A DNA stretch of 64,000 nucleotides from an uncultured Phycisphaerales bacterium (GTDB taxonomy: Bacteria; Planctomycetota; Phycisphaerae; Tepidisphaerales; Tepidisphaeraceae). The DNA is taken from the NCBI GenBank assembly GCA_963758525.1, contig CAVWVQ010000003.1, forward strand, positions 3,264,001 to 3,328,000. Reading direction: 5' to 3'. The translations under genes were made by a program, and so were the position numbers. Each line of letters opens with the position of its first letter. The stretch's first letter is position 1. The notes under the pieces were generated by a model, which saw only the letters and a list, made by a program, of their open reading frames with translations, was not told the DNA's origin and ran no database searches. Positions 1 to 9,731 of the stretch are shown here, in pieces.

Positions 1-906
1 TCATCAAATGCCTGACTCGTGTTCAACAGCACGTGATTGATGTGCAGCTTGTTCACGGCGTCGTGAATCGCGCAGGTGCGCGGCGACGTTTTCGAGATAA
101 CGCGTTCGCATGAGCGCGGGATCGAGCTTCATCCGGTCGTTTCCGCGCTCCAGATTCTCGAACTGTGTCCATTTGCGGAACGGAAACTCCAGCTCATCGT
201 TGGCCATGATCTGCAGCAGCAGCACTTCGTGGCGTTTGTGTCGCAGATGATGAAACGCCTCGATGAGCGCGTCGGCTTTATCGAACAGATCGCTGATGAT
301 CACGACCATCCCGCGCCTTGGGATGCGCTCGGCCACTTCGTGCAGCAGCGGGGCGATGCCGGATTCCCTCTCGGCCCGCGTCTCATCCAGCGTCCGCAAC
401 ATGCGCATCAAATGGGACGGCGCGGATCGCGCGGGAATGAAATCGCGCACCTTGTTATCGAACGTGACCAGGCCGGCCGAGTCCTGCTGATGCAGCACCA
501 GGTAACTCAGGCACGCCGCCACGAACTGGCCGTAGCGAAACTTGCTCATCGAATCGCCCGCGCCGCGATAGGCCATCGATCCGCTGGCATCCAGCACCAG
601 ATGACACCGCAGGCTCGTCGAGACTTCATACTGCTTGATGTAATACCGTTCGCTTTTGGCGTACACCCGCCAGTCGATCCGTTTGACGTCGTCGCCGGCC
701 ACGTATTGGCGATGCTGCGCGAAATCCAGCGCGAACCCAATATGCGGCGACCGATGCAGCCCCTGCACATACCCGTCCATCAACTGGCTCGCCACCAGTT
801 CCATCTTGCTGATCTTCTGCAGAACCGCCGGTTCCAGCAGCGAGCCCGCCGACCGAGCGCTGGCGGCCGCGGGAGACATCGCCGAGGTGTTGGATGCGGT
901 AACCAT
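1..906 (-). CDS. DUF58 (vWA-like) MoxR-associated protein; 3' end frameshifted and runs off the window
   Basis: GLHRSP, FAQHRQYVAGDDVKRIDWRVY, LVLDASGSM and VVIISDL motifs; lies downstream of MoxR. A shifted frame near 65 continues (…DAVNKLHINHVLLNTSQAFD). Confidence 0.9.
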
Positions 907-937
907 TGCCGTCGCTACGCTCCGAAACCCTTGTCAA

Positions 938-1175
938 AATGACGAAACCGATGCCAAACCCGAATGACGAAACCAGAAACCGGAATCAAGCCCGAAATCC
1001 GAATGACGAATGACGCGGGGACCCACATGTCGAGCAACTGGGTCGATGGACGCGAACCACATGTCGCGCAAGTTTGCGTTCGAACCGGAACGGCAACATT
1101 CGCGGTTCCACATTCGGACATTCGTCATTCGGATTTGATTATTTGATTCTGGTTTCTGGTTTCGTCATTCGGACT
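938..1175. repeat. Intergenic imperfect inverted repeat array (CGAATGACGAA family)
   Basis: Repeated cgaatgacgaa/aaaccagaaacc units at 938-1012 are mirrored by ttcgtcattcgg/ggtttctggttt units at 1110-1175. Related copies at ~4800-4835 and ~9015-9050. Confidence 0.75.
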
Positions 1176-1210
1176 TCTGCCTCTTCTCAACGTGCCTTCG
1201 TGCCTTCCCG

Positions 1211-2245
<1,035 letters not shown>

Positions 2246-2392
2246 GGATCTTCCTCTCGAAGTAGAGCCGCGTTTTCCCGTTGTGGGAAACGCCATGTGC
2301 CGTTGTTTGATACAGGTTGTATCACCCCACGTTGCCGGCGGAACATCGGGGATGAAAACGCGCGGGCCTCGACTTGCGGCTTGCAGCCGCAG

Positions 2393-2602
2393 TCACCGCA
2401 CCGGCGGTTCCGTCGGGCTGAGAATTTCCGCGGCAAGTGTCCCAATGAGCCGCGCCCTGGCCAGGGCCAGTTCTCTCGGATCGTCCGGCTGATCCTGCAC
2501 GTTGCGAAGGCCCTCCCAGATTTCGCCGGAGGTCACCATGGCCGCGGCAATGGAGATGGCTGTCGCCTGTGCGTTGTCAGAAGGTTGGATTGGTTCTGCC
2601 AT
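2393..2602 (-). CDS. Small hypothetical protein (69 aa)
   Basis: ATG preceded by an AAAGGA SD-like motif; same strand as neighbours; no recognisable motif. Confidence 0.5.
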   Translation of the reverse strand: MAEPIQPSDNAQATAISIAAAMVTSGEIWEGLRNVQDQPDDPRELALARARLIGTLAAEILSPTEPPVR

Positions 2603-2756
2603 GAGATTCCTTTCGCGGAGGCGATTGTTGGTGAGAGACCGAAACGTTCATCAATATACAGGGGAACGCGGATTTCGGCGCGTCGCGCTTCCGACGCAGC
2701 GGCCGAGAGCTGTGGGCGAAATTCGTGACGGATTAATCACCGCGAATTCGAGTCGT

Positions 2757-2786
2757 CCCCTCCCCTGGTACTCCAAGGGAGGGCTG
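2757..2786. repeat. CCCCTCCCCTGGTACTCC hairpin repeat, copy 1
   Basis: The 18-nt core is identical at 2757-2774, 9087-9104 and 11988-12005; an inverted relative lies at ~6094-6135. Confidence 0.7.
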
Positions 2787-2861
2787 GTCCCGCAGCAGAA
2801 AAAGGTCGCGTTTCTATGCAAGAGATGAATATCGCTGATCGGGAAGCGGAAACAGCGGGGA

Positions 2862-2934
2862 TGGGCCGTGAGGGACTCGAACCCCCGACATCCTGCGTGT
2901 AAAGCAGTGCTCTAGCCAACTGAGCTAACGGCCC
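2862..2934 (-). tRNA. tRNA-Val (TAC)
   Basis: Minus strand reads GGGCCGTTAGCTCAGTTGGCTAGAGCACTGCTTTACACGCAGGATGTCGGGGGTTCGAGTCCCTCACGGCCCA: cloverleaf, TAC anticodon, GTTCGA T-loop; CCA not encoded. Confidence 0.97.
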
Positions 2935-3135
2935 GGATTTCCTGGATGGGATTGTAACGAATTGATGGATGTGCGGGAAGAAGAGCGGAAGAGACCATGT
3001 TTGGCGCTGAAGGCGCGACCGAACGCCGAGAGTGCTCGCACCCTCGGTTCCCCGCGTCAGCTACGAAAGACCAAAGAACCGAGGTGCGAGCACCCTCGGC
3101 GTTACGCGACTTTGCTCTTTCAGCTTCTCACTCGC

Positions 3136-3597
3136 TCACGCCCGGTATTCGCATAGCTCGAGCAGATTGCCCTCGGGATCGCGAAAGTAGAGGAGACGCT
3201 TGCGAACTCCGCCGGCGTAGGTCACCTGCGCGTCGGGGACGGTCTGGACGGAGCTGAGTGGTCGAACCCCAAAGCTTTGGAGTTTCGCTACGACCGCATT
3301 GATATCAGCCACGCGAAAAGCAAGATGACGGAGTCCGCGCGTGTTGGATTGATCGAGGCCAGGGGGATTCGCGCCGGCGGGTTGAACGTAGCGAAGAAGC
3401 TCAACGCGCGGGCCGTCGGGGAGTTCGAGGTAGACGACGTCTCCGATGGCGTTGTGCAGGCCCACGGTGGCATCGACCCATGGGCCGCTGATGGTCACGC
3501 GCTTGGTGACGGCAAATCCCAGCACGTCGCGGTAGAACTCCACCATCGGCTCCAAATCCGCGACAACAATATTCACGTGATCGATCTGCTGGAGCAT
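3136..3597 (-). CDS. VOC/glyoxalase-family protein
   Basis: IDHVNIVVADL..FYRDVLG, VELL, GLRHLAFRVAD, YFRDPEGNLLELCE (H/E/H/E metal ligands). Confidence 0.92.
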   Translation of the reverse strand: MLQQIDHVNIVVADLEPMVEFYRDVLGFAVTKRVTISGPWVDATVGLHNAIGDVVYLELPDGPRVELLRYVQPAGANPPGLDQSNTRGLRHLAFRVADINAVVAKLQSFGVRPLSSVQTVPDAQVTYAGGVRKRLLYFRDPEGNLLELCEYRA

Positions 3598-3600
3598 CCG

Positions 3601-4731
3601 CTACTCCTGCATAGACTCGACGTCGATCCCATTCTCGATCAGCCAGTCGCGGTACGCGAAGGGGGAGATCTCGCTCGGCTTGATCTCGCTGCGGCCGCCC
3701 CAGAAGACGTTGGTGTAACTCACGGGAATGCCGATCGAGGCGAGGTGCTCGTCGATCGCTCGTTTGTGGGAGAGCACCACATCCTTGTCAGTGCCGTGGG
3801 CGACGCCCATGATGTTGACGTTGTTGAACTCGGGGCCGCCCTCGCGCCAATAGGCGTGGGTCATGATGTGGAATCGGCCCACTTGCCGGCCGGTTTCAAT
3901 TTCGCGACCGGCGGGGACTGCCCAATGGAACAGGGCGTTAAATTTCGTCACGCGCTCGCCGGTGGTCAGCGGCTTAACGTGTTCGAGAAACGTCGAAAAT
4001 CGGCCGATCACGCGGCGCTCGTTCAGGCCCTTCGCCACTTCCTGAAACACGCTGAGCGGCACGCCGGCTTCCGCGGCACGCGGCGCCCAGAGATTCGGCT
4101 GAATCTCGTCAGCCTCGAATTCCCGTTTTAGCGACATCAGCACACGCCATTCCAGATCGGTCAGCTCCACGATGTTGGTGTCGAGCACTTCCGCCAGCTC
4201 GTCGGACTTGCTCCCCGGCTCCATGCCCCGCCGGCGCACGTGGCCGACGCCCAGTGCGAACAACCGCTTGGCGGGCATGAGCCGATAGTGCTCCGCGCCG
4301 GTCAGCCGCATCAGCACGTCGGCGTGCCGCGACAACGAAAATCCCTGGGGAACTTTCAGCGTGGTCCAGAGCCGGTATTTTGAGCCGGCGGTCTGCTGGT
4401 CCGTCGAACGAATCACGACATGCCCGGAAGATGGATCGCGCTGGAACATGAAGTCGAACGCCGCGGACAGTTTCTCCGGCGGGACCTGCCAGGCGACCAG
4501 CGCGCCGCGGGCGAGATTCGTCGCCATCAGTGTCTGACGGACCCGGCGGATTGTTCCCGCGCGCAGCATCGCCGCGATCCGTTCGCGCACCGTCGCCTCA
4601 TCGAGATCGGCCTGTTTCGCGATCTGCCCGATCGGATCGGGCTGGAACCCCTGCAGTTTGTCCTCGGAGATGGAGAGGATTCGGGCGTTGATCGGATCGT
4701 CCGTGGCGATGGGAAGGGATAGAGTGTTCAC
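3601..4731 (-). CDS. Lrp/AsnC-fold two-domain protein, siroheme decarboxylase AhbA/AhbB (NirDL)-like fusion
   Basis: Two HTH+AsnC-type repeats (G.IRR / VIGRF), HAYWR (HxYxR) and MGVAHG motifs; GTG start. Confidence 0.7.
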   Translation of the reverse strand: MNTLSLPIATDDPINARILSISEDKLQGFQPDPIGQIAKQADLDEATVRERIAAMLRAGTIRRVRQTLMATNLARGALVAWQVPPEKLSAAFDFMFQRDPSSGHVVIRSTDQQTAGSKYRLWTTLKVPQGFSLSRHADVLMRLTGAEHYRLMPAKRLFALGVGHVRRRGMEPGSKSDELAEVLDTNIVELTDLEWRVLMSLKREFEADEIQPNLWAPRAAEAGVPLSVFQEVAKGLNERRVIGRFSTFLEHVKPLTTGERVTKFNALFHWAVPAGREIETGRQVGRFHIMTHAYWREGGPEFNNVNIMGVAHGTDKDVVLSHKRAIDEHLASIGIPVSYTNVFWGGRSEIKPSEISPFAYRDWLIENGIDVESMQE

Positions 4732-4837
4732 TACCGGATTCTACCTCCGCCAATAGGCGACGCCACTCGGCATTCAGACGGAAGGGCCAGGGTTGGGAGG
4801 AAGCCCGAATTCCGAAACCAGAATGTCGAATCAAACC

Positions 4838-5875
4838 CTACATCACTCCAAACCGATACACCGCAGTCTGCCGATACGTCTCCCCCGGCCGCAGGATCGT
4901 TGACGGGAAATGGCGGTGATTGACTGAATCGGGGAAGTGCTGAGTTTCGAGGCAGAACGCGCCGTGCTTGTTGTACTGGCCTCCGAGGCCGGTGAGAGAG
5001 CCGTTGAGAAAATTGCCGGTGTAGAACTGGATGCCGGGTTGCGTGGTAAGCACGTCCAAGGTCCGCCCGGTGGCAGGCTCCTCGACGTGGGCGACGGGAA
5101 TGAGTTTTCCGGTTGCGTGATCGATCACGTAGTTGTGGTCGTATCCGCCGGGCACTTCATGAATGCGTTTGCCGATCGGCATCGGCTTTGTGAAGTCCAT
5201 CAACGTATTGGCGACCGGAAGAATTTCGCCGGTGGGAATGAACTGGTCGTTCACGGGAGTGTAGTGCGACGCGCGGAGCGTGAGCATGTGATCGTAGATC
5301 ATCCCGGAGCCGGGGCCGGCGAGGTTGAAATAACTGTGATTGGTGAGATTGACTGGCGTTGGTTTGTCGGTGGCGGCCTCGAATTCGATTCGGACTGCGT
5401 TGTCGTCGGTCAGCGTGTAGCGCACGACGATCGAGAGATTGCCGGGGAACCCCTGATCGCCATCGGGGCTGACCAACTCGAAATCGACGCCGGGTCCGTC
5501 GGCGTGAGTCTTGGGAGCGGCCGTCCAGATCGCGCGATCGATGCCGGTGGTGCCGCCGTGCAGTGTGTTGGGGCCATTATTGATCGTGAGCTGGTATCGC
5601 ACGCCATCGATCTCAAATGATCCGTGGGCGATCCGATTGGCGACGCGTCCGGCGATGCAGCCGAAGTATTCCGTGTGAGCCACGTATGGCGCCAGTTGAT
5701 CGAAGCCGAGGACGACATTGCCGATGCGTTTCTCTCGATCAGGAACGTGCAACTCGGTGACACGCGCGCCATAATTGGTGAGCTTGAGAATCGCTCCGCC
5801 GGCATTAGTAAGGGTGAAAAGCTCAGCGGCTTTTCCATCGGGCGTGCGTCCGAATTCGCTGCGAACGATTGGCAT
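4838..5875 (-). CDS. galM: Aldose 1-epimerase (galactose mutarotase)
   Basis: GRVANRI, NTLHGG, NLTNHSYFNL, GYDHNY, FCLETQHFPDS. Start placed at MPIVRSEFG. Confidence 0.95.
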   Translation of the reverse strand: MPIVRSEFGRTPDGKAAELFTLTNAGGAILKLTNYGARVTELHVPDREKRIGNVVLGFDQLAPYVAHTEYFGCIAGRVANRIAHGSFEIDGVRYQLTINNGPNTLHGGTTGIDRAIWTAAPKTHADGPGVDFELVSPDGDQGFPGNLSIVVRYTLTDDNAVRIEFEAATDKPTPVNLTNHSYFNLAGPGSGMIYDHMLTLRASHYTPVNDQFIPTGEILPVANTLMDFTKPMPIGKRIHEVPGGYDHNYVIDHATGKLIPVAHVEEPATGRTLDVLTTQPGIQFYTGNFLNGSLTGLGGQYNKHGAFCLETQHFPDSVNHRHFPSTILRPGETYRQTAVYRFGVM

Positions 5876-6266
5876 GTTGGCAGTATAGCCGGACGCGTGG
5901 GGAGCCGGAAAGTTGCGCGCAGCCAAAGAACAGAAGAGCTGCGAAGCAGCGAAGCAGCGAAGACAGACGCGAAGAAGACGAGTATCGGAGGTAGAGTTGG
6001 CTCGAGCTTGCCGACGGTCGCCGCCGTGGCTTGCCCCTTCGCGGAGCGTCACCATGTTCCTATTACACAGCGCTTGTTGCGCGATCCCGACCAGCCCCCA
6101 CCCCGGCCCTCCCCCGGATTACCAGGGGAGGGGGTAAGGGCGGCCGCTTCGGTACGGCGCTTTCAGCGAAAGCGGCGTACGTTGGGGAGCAGCCAACTGA
6201 GGATTGCATCCCATCGCGCAGGACGTCGGATGCTTCTGAGAGAACAACAAAGCGGTCGGCAAAGCC

Positions 6267-7149
6267 ATGAGTGAATTGCGGACACCTGCGATTGGCGCGC
6301 CACTGGTCGAATCGCACGCGGTCTGCCGTCACTGCTGCTACGACCTCCACGGCTTGCCCGCGGACGGGCGGTGTCCGGAATGTGGAAGGCAAATCGCATT
6401 ATCACTTCGAGAAGAGCTGTTAGTCTTTGCTGATCCGCTATGGATAGCATCACTCCTGCGCGGCGTGCGTCTGCTGCTCATCGGCGTGGGTCTGGCGGCT
6501 CTGCTGTTTCTCGTCTCATTGCCGATTGCTGCCTCGTCATCGGACCGAACAACAAGCACGCTTCTTTGCGCCTCAGCCGCGTGCATGGTCGCTTGGTTTA
6601 GCTATGGCGGCTGGCTGCTTTCGGTACGCGATCCATCGGGCCGTGGCGAACACGAATACGGAAGATCGCGGAAGCTCACGAGATGGGCCCTCTGCATCGG
6701 AGCCCTGCACGGGTTCCTCGACTGCATTGTGATCTACACGGGTGATCGGTGGCCCAGCGAGGTGCTGAACGCCATCTTTATCGAAGCCGCCGTTGCTCAG
6801 CTCATTGGGATCACGCTCTTTGTCGCTCATCTGGATTACCTGCAGAAGCTGCTCTTGCGCATCCCATCACAAGCTGTCGAACACCGCAGGGTTCCTCAAA
6901 TCGATGATTCCGGCGCTGTGGCTGTGTGCGCTGATTATAGGTTTTCTGGGAATTGTGAGCCGTTGGAACGATTCAGAGTTCGGAGGCGCGAAAATATTCT
7001 TCGGGTGGGCGCTGGTCGTTGCGTGTTTCTCGCTCCCCGTACTGTTGATCTATCTGATCTTTCTCGTGCGGCTGGAGCGATGTCTGAGCCGAGCGGCTCG
7101 TCAGGTGTGCGTCAGCGGGAAGGCCGCAGCCGGATCGGCAAAGCCATGA
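6267..7149 (+). CDS. Zn-ribbon (CxxCxYxLxGL..CPECG) multi-pass membrane protein, copy 1; frameshift near 6875
   Basis: N-terminal Cys cluster and hydrophobic helices. The C-terminus lies in the frame of ORF 6793..7149 (AGFLKSMIPALW…), matching AGFLKVAISLVW in copy 2. Confidence 0.75.
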
Positions 7150-8105
7150 GTGAGTTGCGGACACCTGCGATTGGCGCGCTACTGGTGGAATCTCACGCGG
7201 TCTGCCGTCACTGCTGCTACGACCTCCACGGCTTGCCCGCGGACGGGCGGTGTCCGGAATGCGGTTCGGCGGTGGCGTCGTCGCTGGGGGAAAGCCTGCT
7301 GAAATTTGCAGACCCGCGCTGGCTCGCGTCGCTCGTATGCGGTGCGCGCATGTGGCTGACGGGTCTGCTGCTGGGCGTTGTGACGGTGGTCTTCGGCATT
7401 GTGTCCAATTCCGTATTTCTGTGGAACGGCGCGAGCCGTTATTTCTGTCTCTTCGTCGGGTTCATCATCGCCTGGTGCGCGGCGGGCGGCTGGCTGCTTT
7501 CAAAGCCGGACCCCGCCGGATCGGGCGAAAGGGAATACGGAAGAGTTCGCAAGATTGCGCGGTTGGCTTTGCTGCTGGGCGCGCTGCAGGGGTGCGTGGA
7601 TGTCGCGGCGATCTACCCGAATGCGCCGTTCTGGCTTACCGGACGAATATTCTTGGAAACTGCGCTGCGCAGATCATCGGCGTCGTCGGAGCCTTCGCCC
7701 ACCTGCAATATCTACAGATGCTCACTGCGGAGCGCCGACCGAACCATCACAGACGCGGCGGGATTCCTCAAGGTTGCGATCAGCCTCGTTTGGTCTCTTC
7801 TCTACCTCCTGACACTGCTCACGATTTTGCAGGAACGGTCTTACTTTCACGTGCCGGAGGAAGTGCTGGCGTGTTTCGCGATGATCGATTTGCTCCTGGG
7901 CGGCCTGTTCACGCTGTTCTACCTGTTTTTTCTCTACGCGCTGGCTTCGGCGCTCGCCGGCGAGCTTCGTGAGGCGCGACGGTTGCGGACATTACCCCGA
8001 ATCGACTTCGGATGCATCAATCAACTGGAGCATATGACCGAACAATCAGAAGCAGAACAGACGCCGGCGCAAACTGCAGAGAGCGAAGATCATCCTCCCA
8101 GGTAG
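7146..8105 (+). CDS. Zn-ribbon multi-pass membrane protein, copy 2 (paralog); short out-of-frame stretch ~7665-7735
   Basis: ATGA overlap with the copy 1 stop; same N-terminus. The alternative frame gives AAQIIGVVGAFAHLQYLQ, matching copy 1 VAQLIGITLFVAHLDYLQ. Confidence 0.75.
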   Translation: MSELRTPAIGALLVESHAVCRHCCYDLHGLPADGRCPECGSAVASSLGESLLKFADPRWLASLVCGARMWLTGLLLGVVTVVFGIVSNSVFLWNGASRYFCLFVGFIIAWCAAGGWLLSKPDPAGSGEREYGRVRKIARLALLLGALQGCVDVAAIYPNAPFWLTGRIFLETALRRSSASSEPSPTCNIYRCSLRSADRTITDAAGFLKVAISLVWSLLYLLTLLTILQERSYFHVPEEVLACFAMIDLLLGGLFTLFYLFFLYALASALAGELREARRLRTLPRIDFGCINQLEHMTEQSEAEQTPAQTAESEDHPPR

Positions 8106-8995
8106 GCTTTCTTCACATCGGGATGATGCAGCAGATTTTTCGCGGTGTCGGTGAGCAACACCTCGCCGGTTTGGAGGACGTAGCCGCGATGGGCGATGGC
8201 AAGGGCCATGTGGGCGTTCTGCTCGACGAGGAAGACGGTCGTGCCGGCGGCGTTGATCTCGCGGATGATCTGAAAGATTTTGCGCACAATCAGCGGTGCG
8301 AGGCCGAGGGAAGGTTCATCGAGCAGGAGCAGCTTGGGATGGGCCATCAGGGCCCGGCCGATGGCGAGCATTTGCTGTTCGCCGCCGCTGAGCGTGCCGC
8401 CGCGCTGGGTGGTGCGCTCGGCTAAGACCGGGAAGAGGGCGTAACAACGATCCAGATCGGTCTGCAACTGCGGGCGCGATGTCTGCTGGTATGCGCCGAG
8501 GAGCAGATTTTCGCGAACGGTCAGGTCGGGGAAAATCTGCCGGCCTTCGGGAACGTGGCTGATGCCGAGCCGAACGATTTCATGCGCCGCAAGCGCCGCG
8601 AGATCTGCTCCGCTTCGCAGTTTGGAGGGAGCGTATCGCACTTCCGCGGGGGCGTCGGGAGAAGATGCTGGCTCCACGAGCGTGCGCGAATTTTCGGGCG
8701 GCACATTGTGGTGCGGGCTTCCAGCCTGCAATTCCGGTCGTGCAAGCGCAGTTCGTTCCTTCTCGCCCAGAAATTCGCCAACGCCCGGGTCGAATGATGG
8801 GCCGTTCGCGTTCCATCGCATCTCGCCGGCGGTGGGGCGCAGCAGACCGCTGATGGTTCGCAGGAGCGTGGTTTTGCCGGCTCCGTTGGAGCCGATGAGC
8901 GCGACGATTTCTCCCCGGTCGATCTTCAACGAGATGCCGTGCAGCGCTTTGATCGAGCCGTAGGCGACGTGGAGGTTGTCGATCCTGAGAAGCAC
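8090..8995 (-). CDS. livF: Branched-chain amino acid ABC ATPase LivF with ~67-aa in-frame insertion
   Basis: GSNGAGKTT, HVPEGRQIF, LSGGEQQMLAIGRALM, LLLDEPSLGLAP, LVEQNA, terminal AYLGG. Confidence 0.92.
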   Translation of the reverse strand: MLLRIDNLHVAYGSIKALHGISLKIDRGEIVALIGSNGAGKTTLLRTISGLLRPTAGEMRWNANGPSFDPGVGEFLGEKERTALARPELQAGSPHHNVPPENSRTLVEPASSPDAPAEVRYAPSKLRSGADLAALAAHEIVRLGISHVPEGRQIFPDLTVRENLLLGAYQQTSRPQLQTDLDRCYALFPVLAERTTQRGGTLSGGEQQMLAIGRALMAHPKLLLLDEPSLGLAPLIVRKIFQIIREINAAGTTVFLVEQNAHMALAIAHRGYVLQTGEVLLTDTAKNLLHHPDVKKAYLGG

Positions 8996-9014
8996 ATCGG
9001 GGAGAATAGCGGAC

Positions 9015-9195
9015 TCAATCCGAATGACGAAACCCCAAACCGGAATCAATTGCTCTGCTGAAATCCTCTCGCCGTCGCTTGTTTTCCCCCTCCCCTGGTA
9101 CTCCGGAGCGGGGTTGGGGTGGGGGTTTGCCGGGCGAACGACAAGGATTTCAGCAGAGCAGAATCAAATCCGATTGTCGAATGCCCGAGTGACGG
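9015..9195. repeat. Composite repeat tract (CGAATGACGAA family plus CCCCTCCCCTGGTACTCC copy 2)
   Basis: cgaatgacgaaaccccaaaccggaatcaa resembles 961-989; 18-nt core at 9087-9104. Confidence 0.7.
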
Positions 9196-9206
9196 AATTC
9201 GTAGAT

Positions 9207-9727
9207 TCACGAGTTCAACGCGGCCAACGCCAGATCGAGATAGGCGCCGTTAATCAGGTCAGCGGGACGAATCTCTAACTGAGTCATCAGCCGACGGGCT
9301 ATCTGCTCTCCCTGCGGCTCGGTTTGCTCTGGGCGGAGCACGACTTCCAGCTCGATAAAGTCTCCAAGACCCTCGACACGGTCGAAGTGAATGCGAGTCT
9401 GGCCGGCGAAGTAGACCGTGCGCTGCTTCCGGATTTCGCCGCGAACGCCCAGCGCGGCAATCAGGATCCGCGCAACGCGGCGGGCTCAGTGGTCTCAACG
9501 AGGGAGAAGTGGCTGGACTTGGGGCCGGCGATGTCCTCGCGGTCGTAATGAATCAGTTGGCCCCTTTCGGTGCTGAGTTGGCGCAGCTTCAATCGTCCGG
9601 ACGGCGCGAGGAAAAACGTATCGACCTGATGGAGTGATTCCGCAGGCGCGGTCGCCAGCGCGGCTGCGAGCGCTTCCTGGCGCTGGGGGTCATGGGCTCT
9701 TGCCTTTATTTCTATGTTAACGGGCAT
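9207..9727 (-). CDS. CYTH-domain protein (class IV adenylate cyclase / triphosphate tunnel metalloenzyme); frameshift near 9470
   Basis: NIEIKAR (ExExK), QVDTFF, GRLKLR; after the shift, RKQRTVYFAGQTRIHFDRVEGLGDFIELEVVL…AYLDL. Confidence 0.88.
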
Positions 9728-9731
9728 ATGG

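Noticed and set aside
2862..2934. tRNA-anchored integrative element
   Set aside because: No integrase nearby, and I saw no duplicated tRNA 3' end in the window.
6256..7264. Diversity-generating retroelement TR/VR pair
   Set aside because: The mismatches are not adenine-specific, the repeat is at the 5' end, and there is no reverse transcriptase in the window.
6267..8105. Single 612-aa ORF with an internal repeat
   Set aside because: It results from an indel near 6875. The true C-terminus of copy 1 is in another frame and stops at 7149, overlapping the ATG of copy 2.
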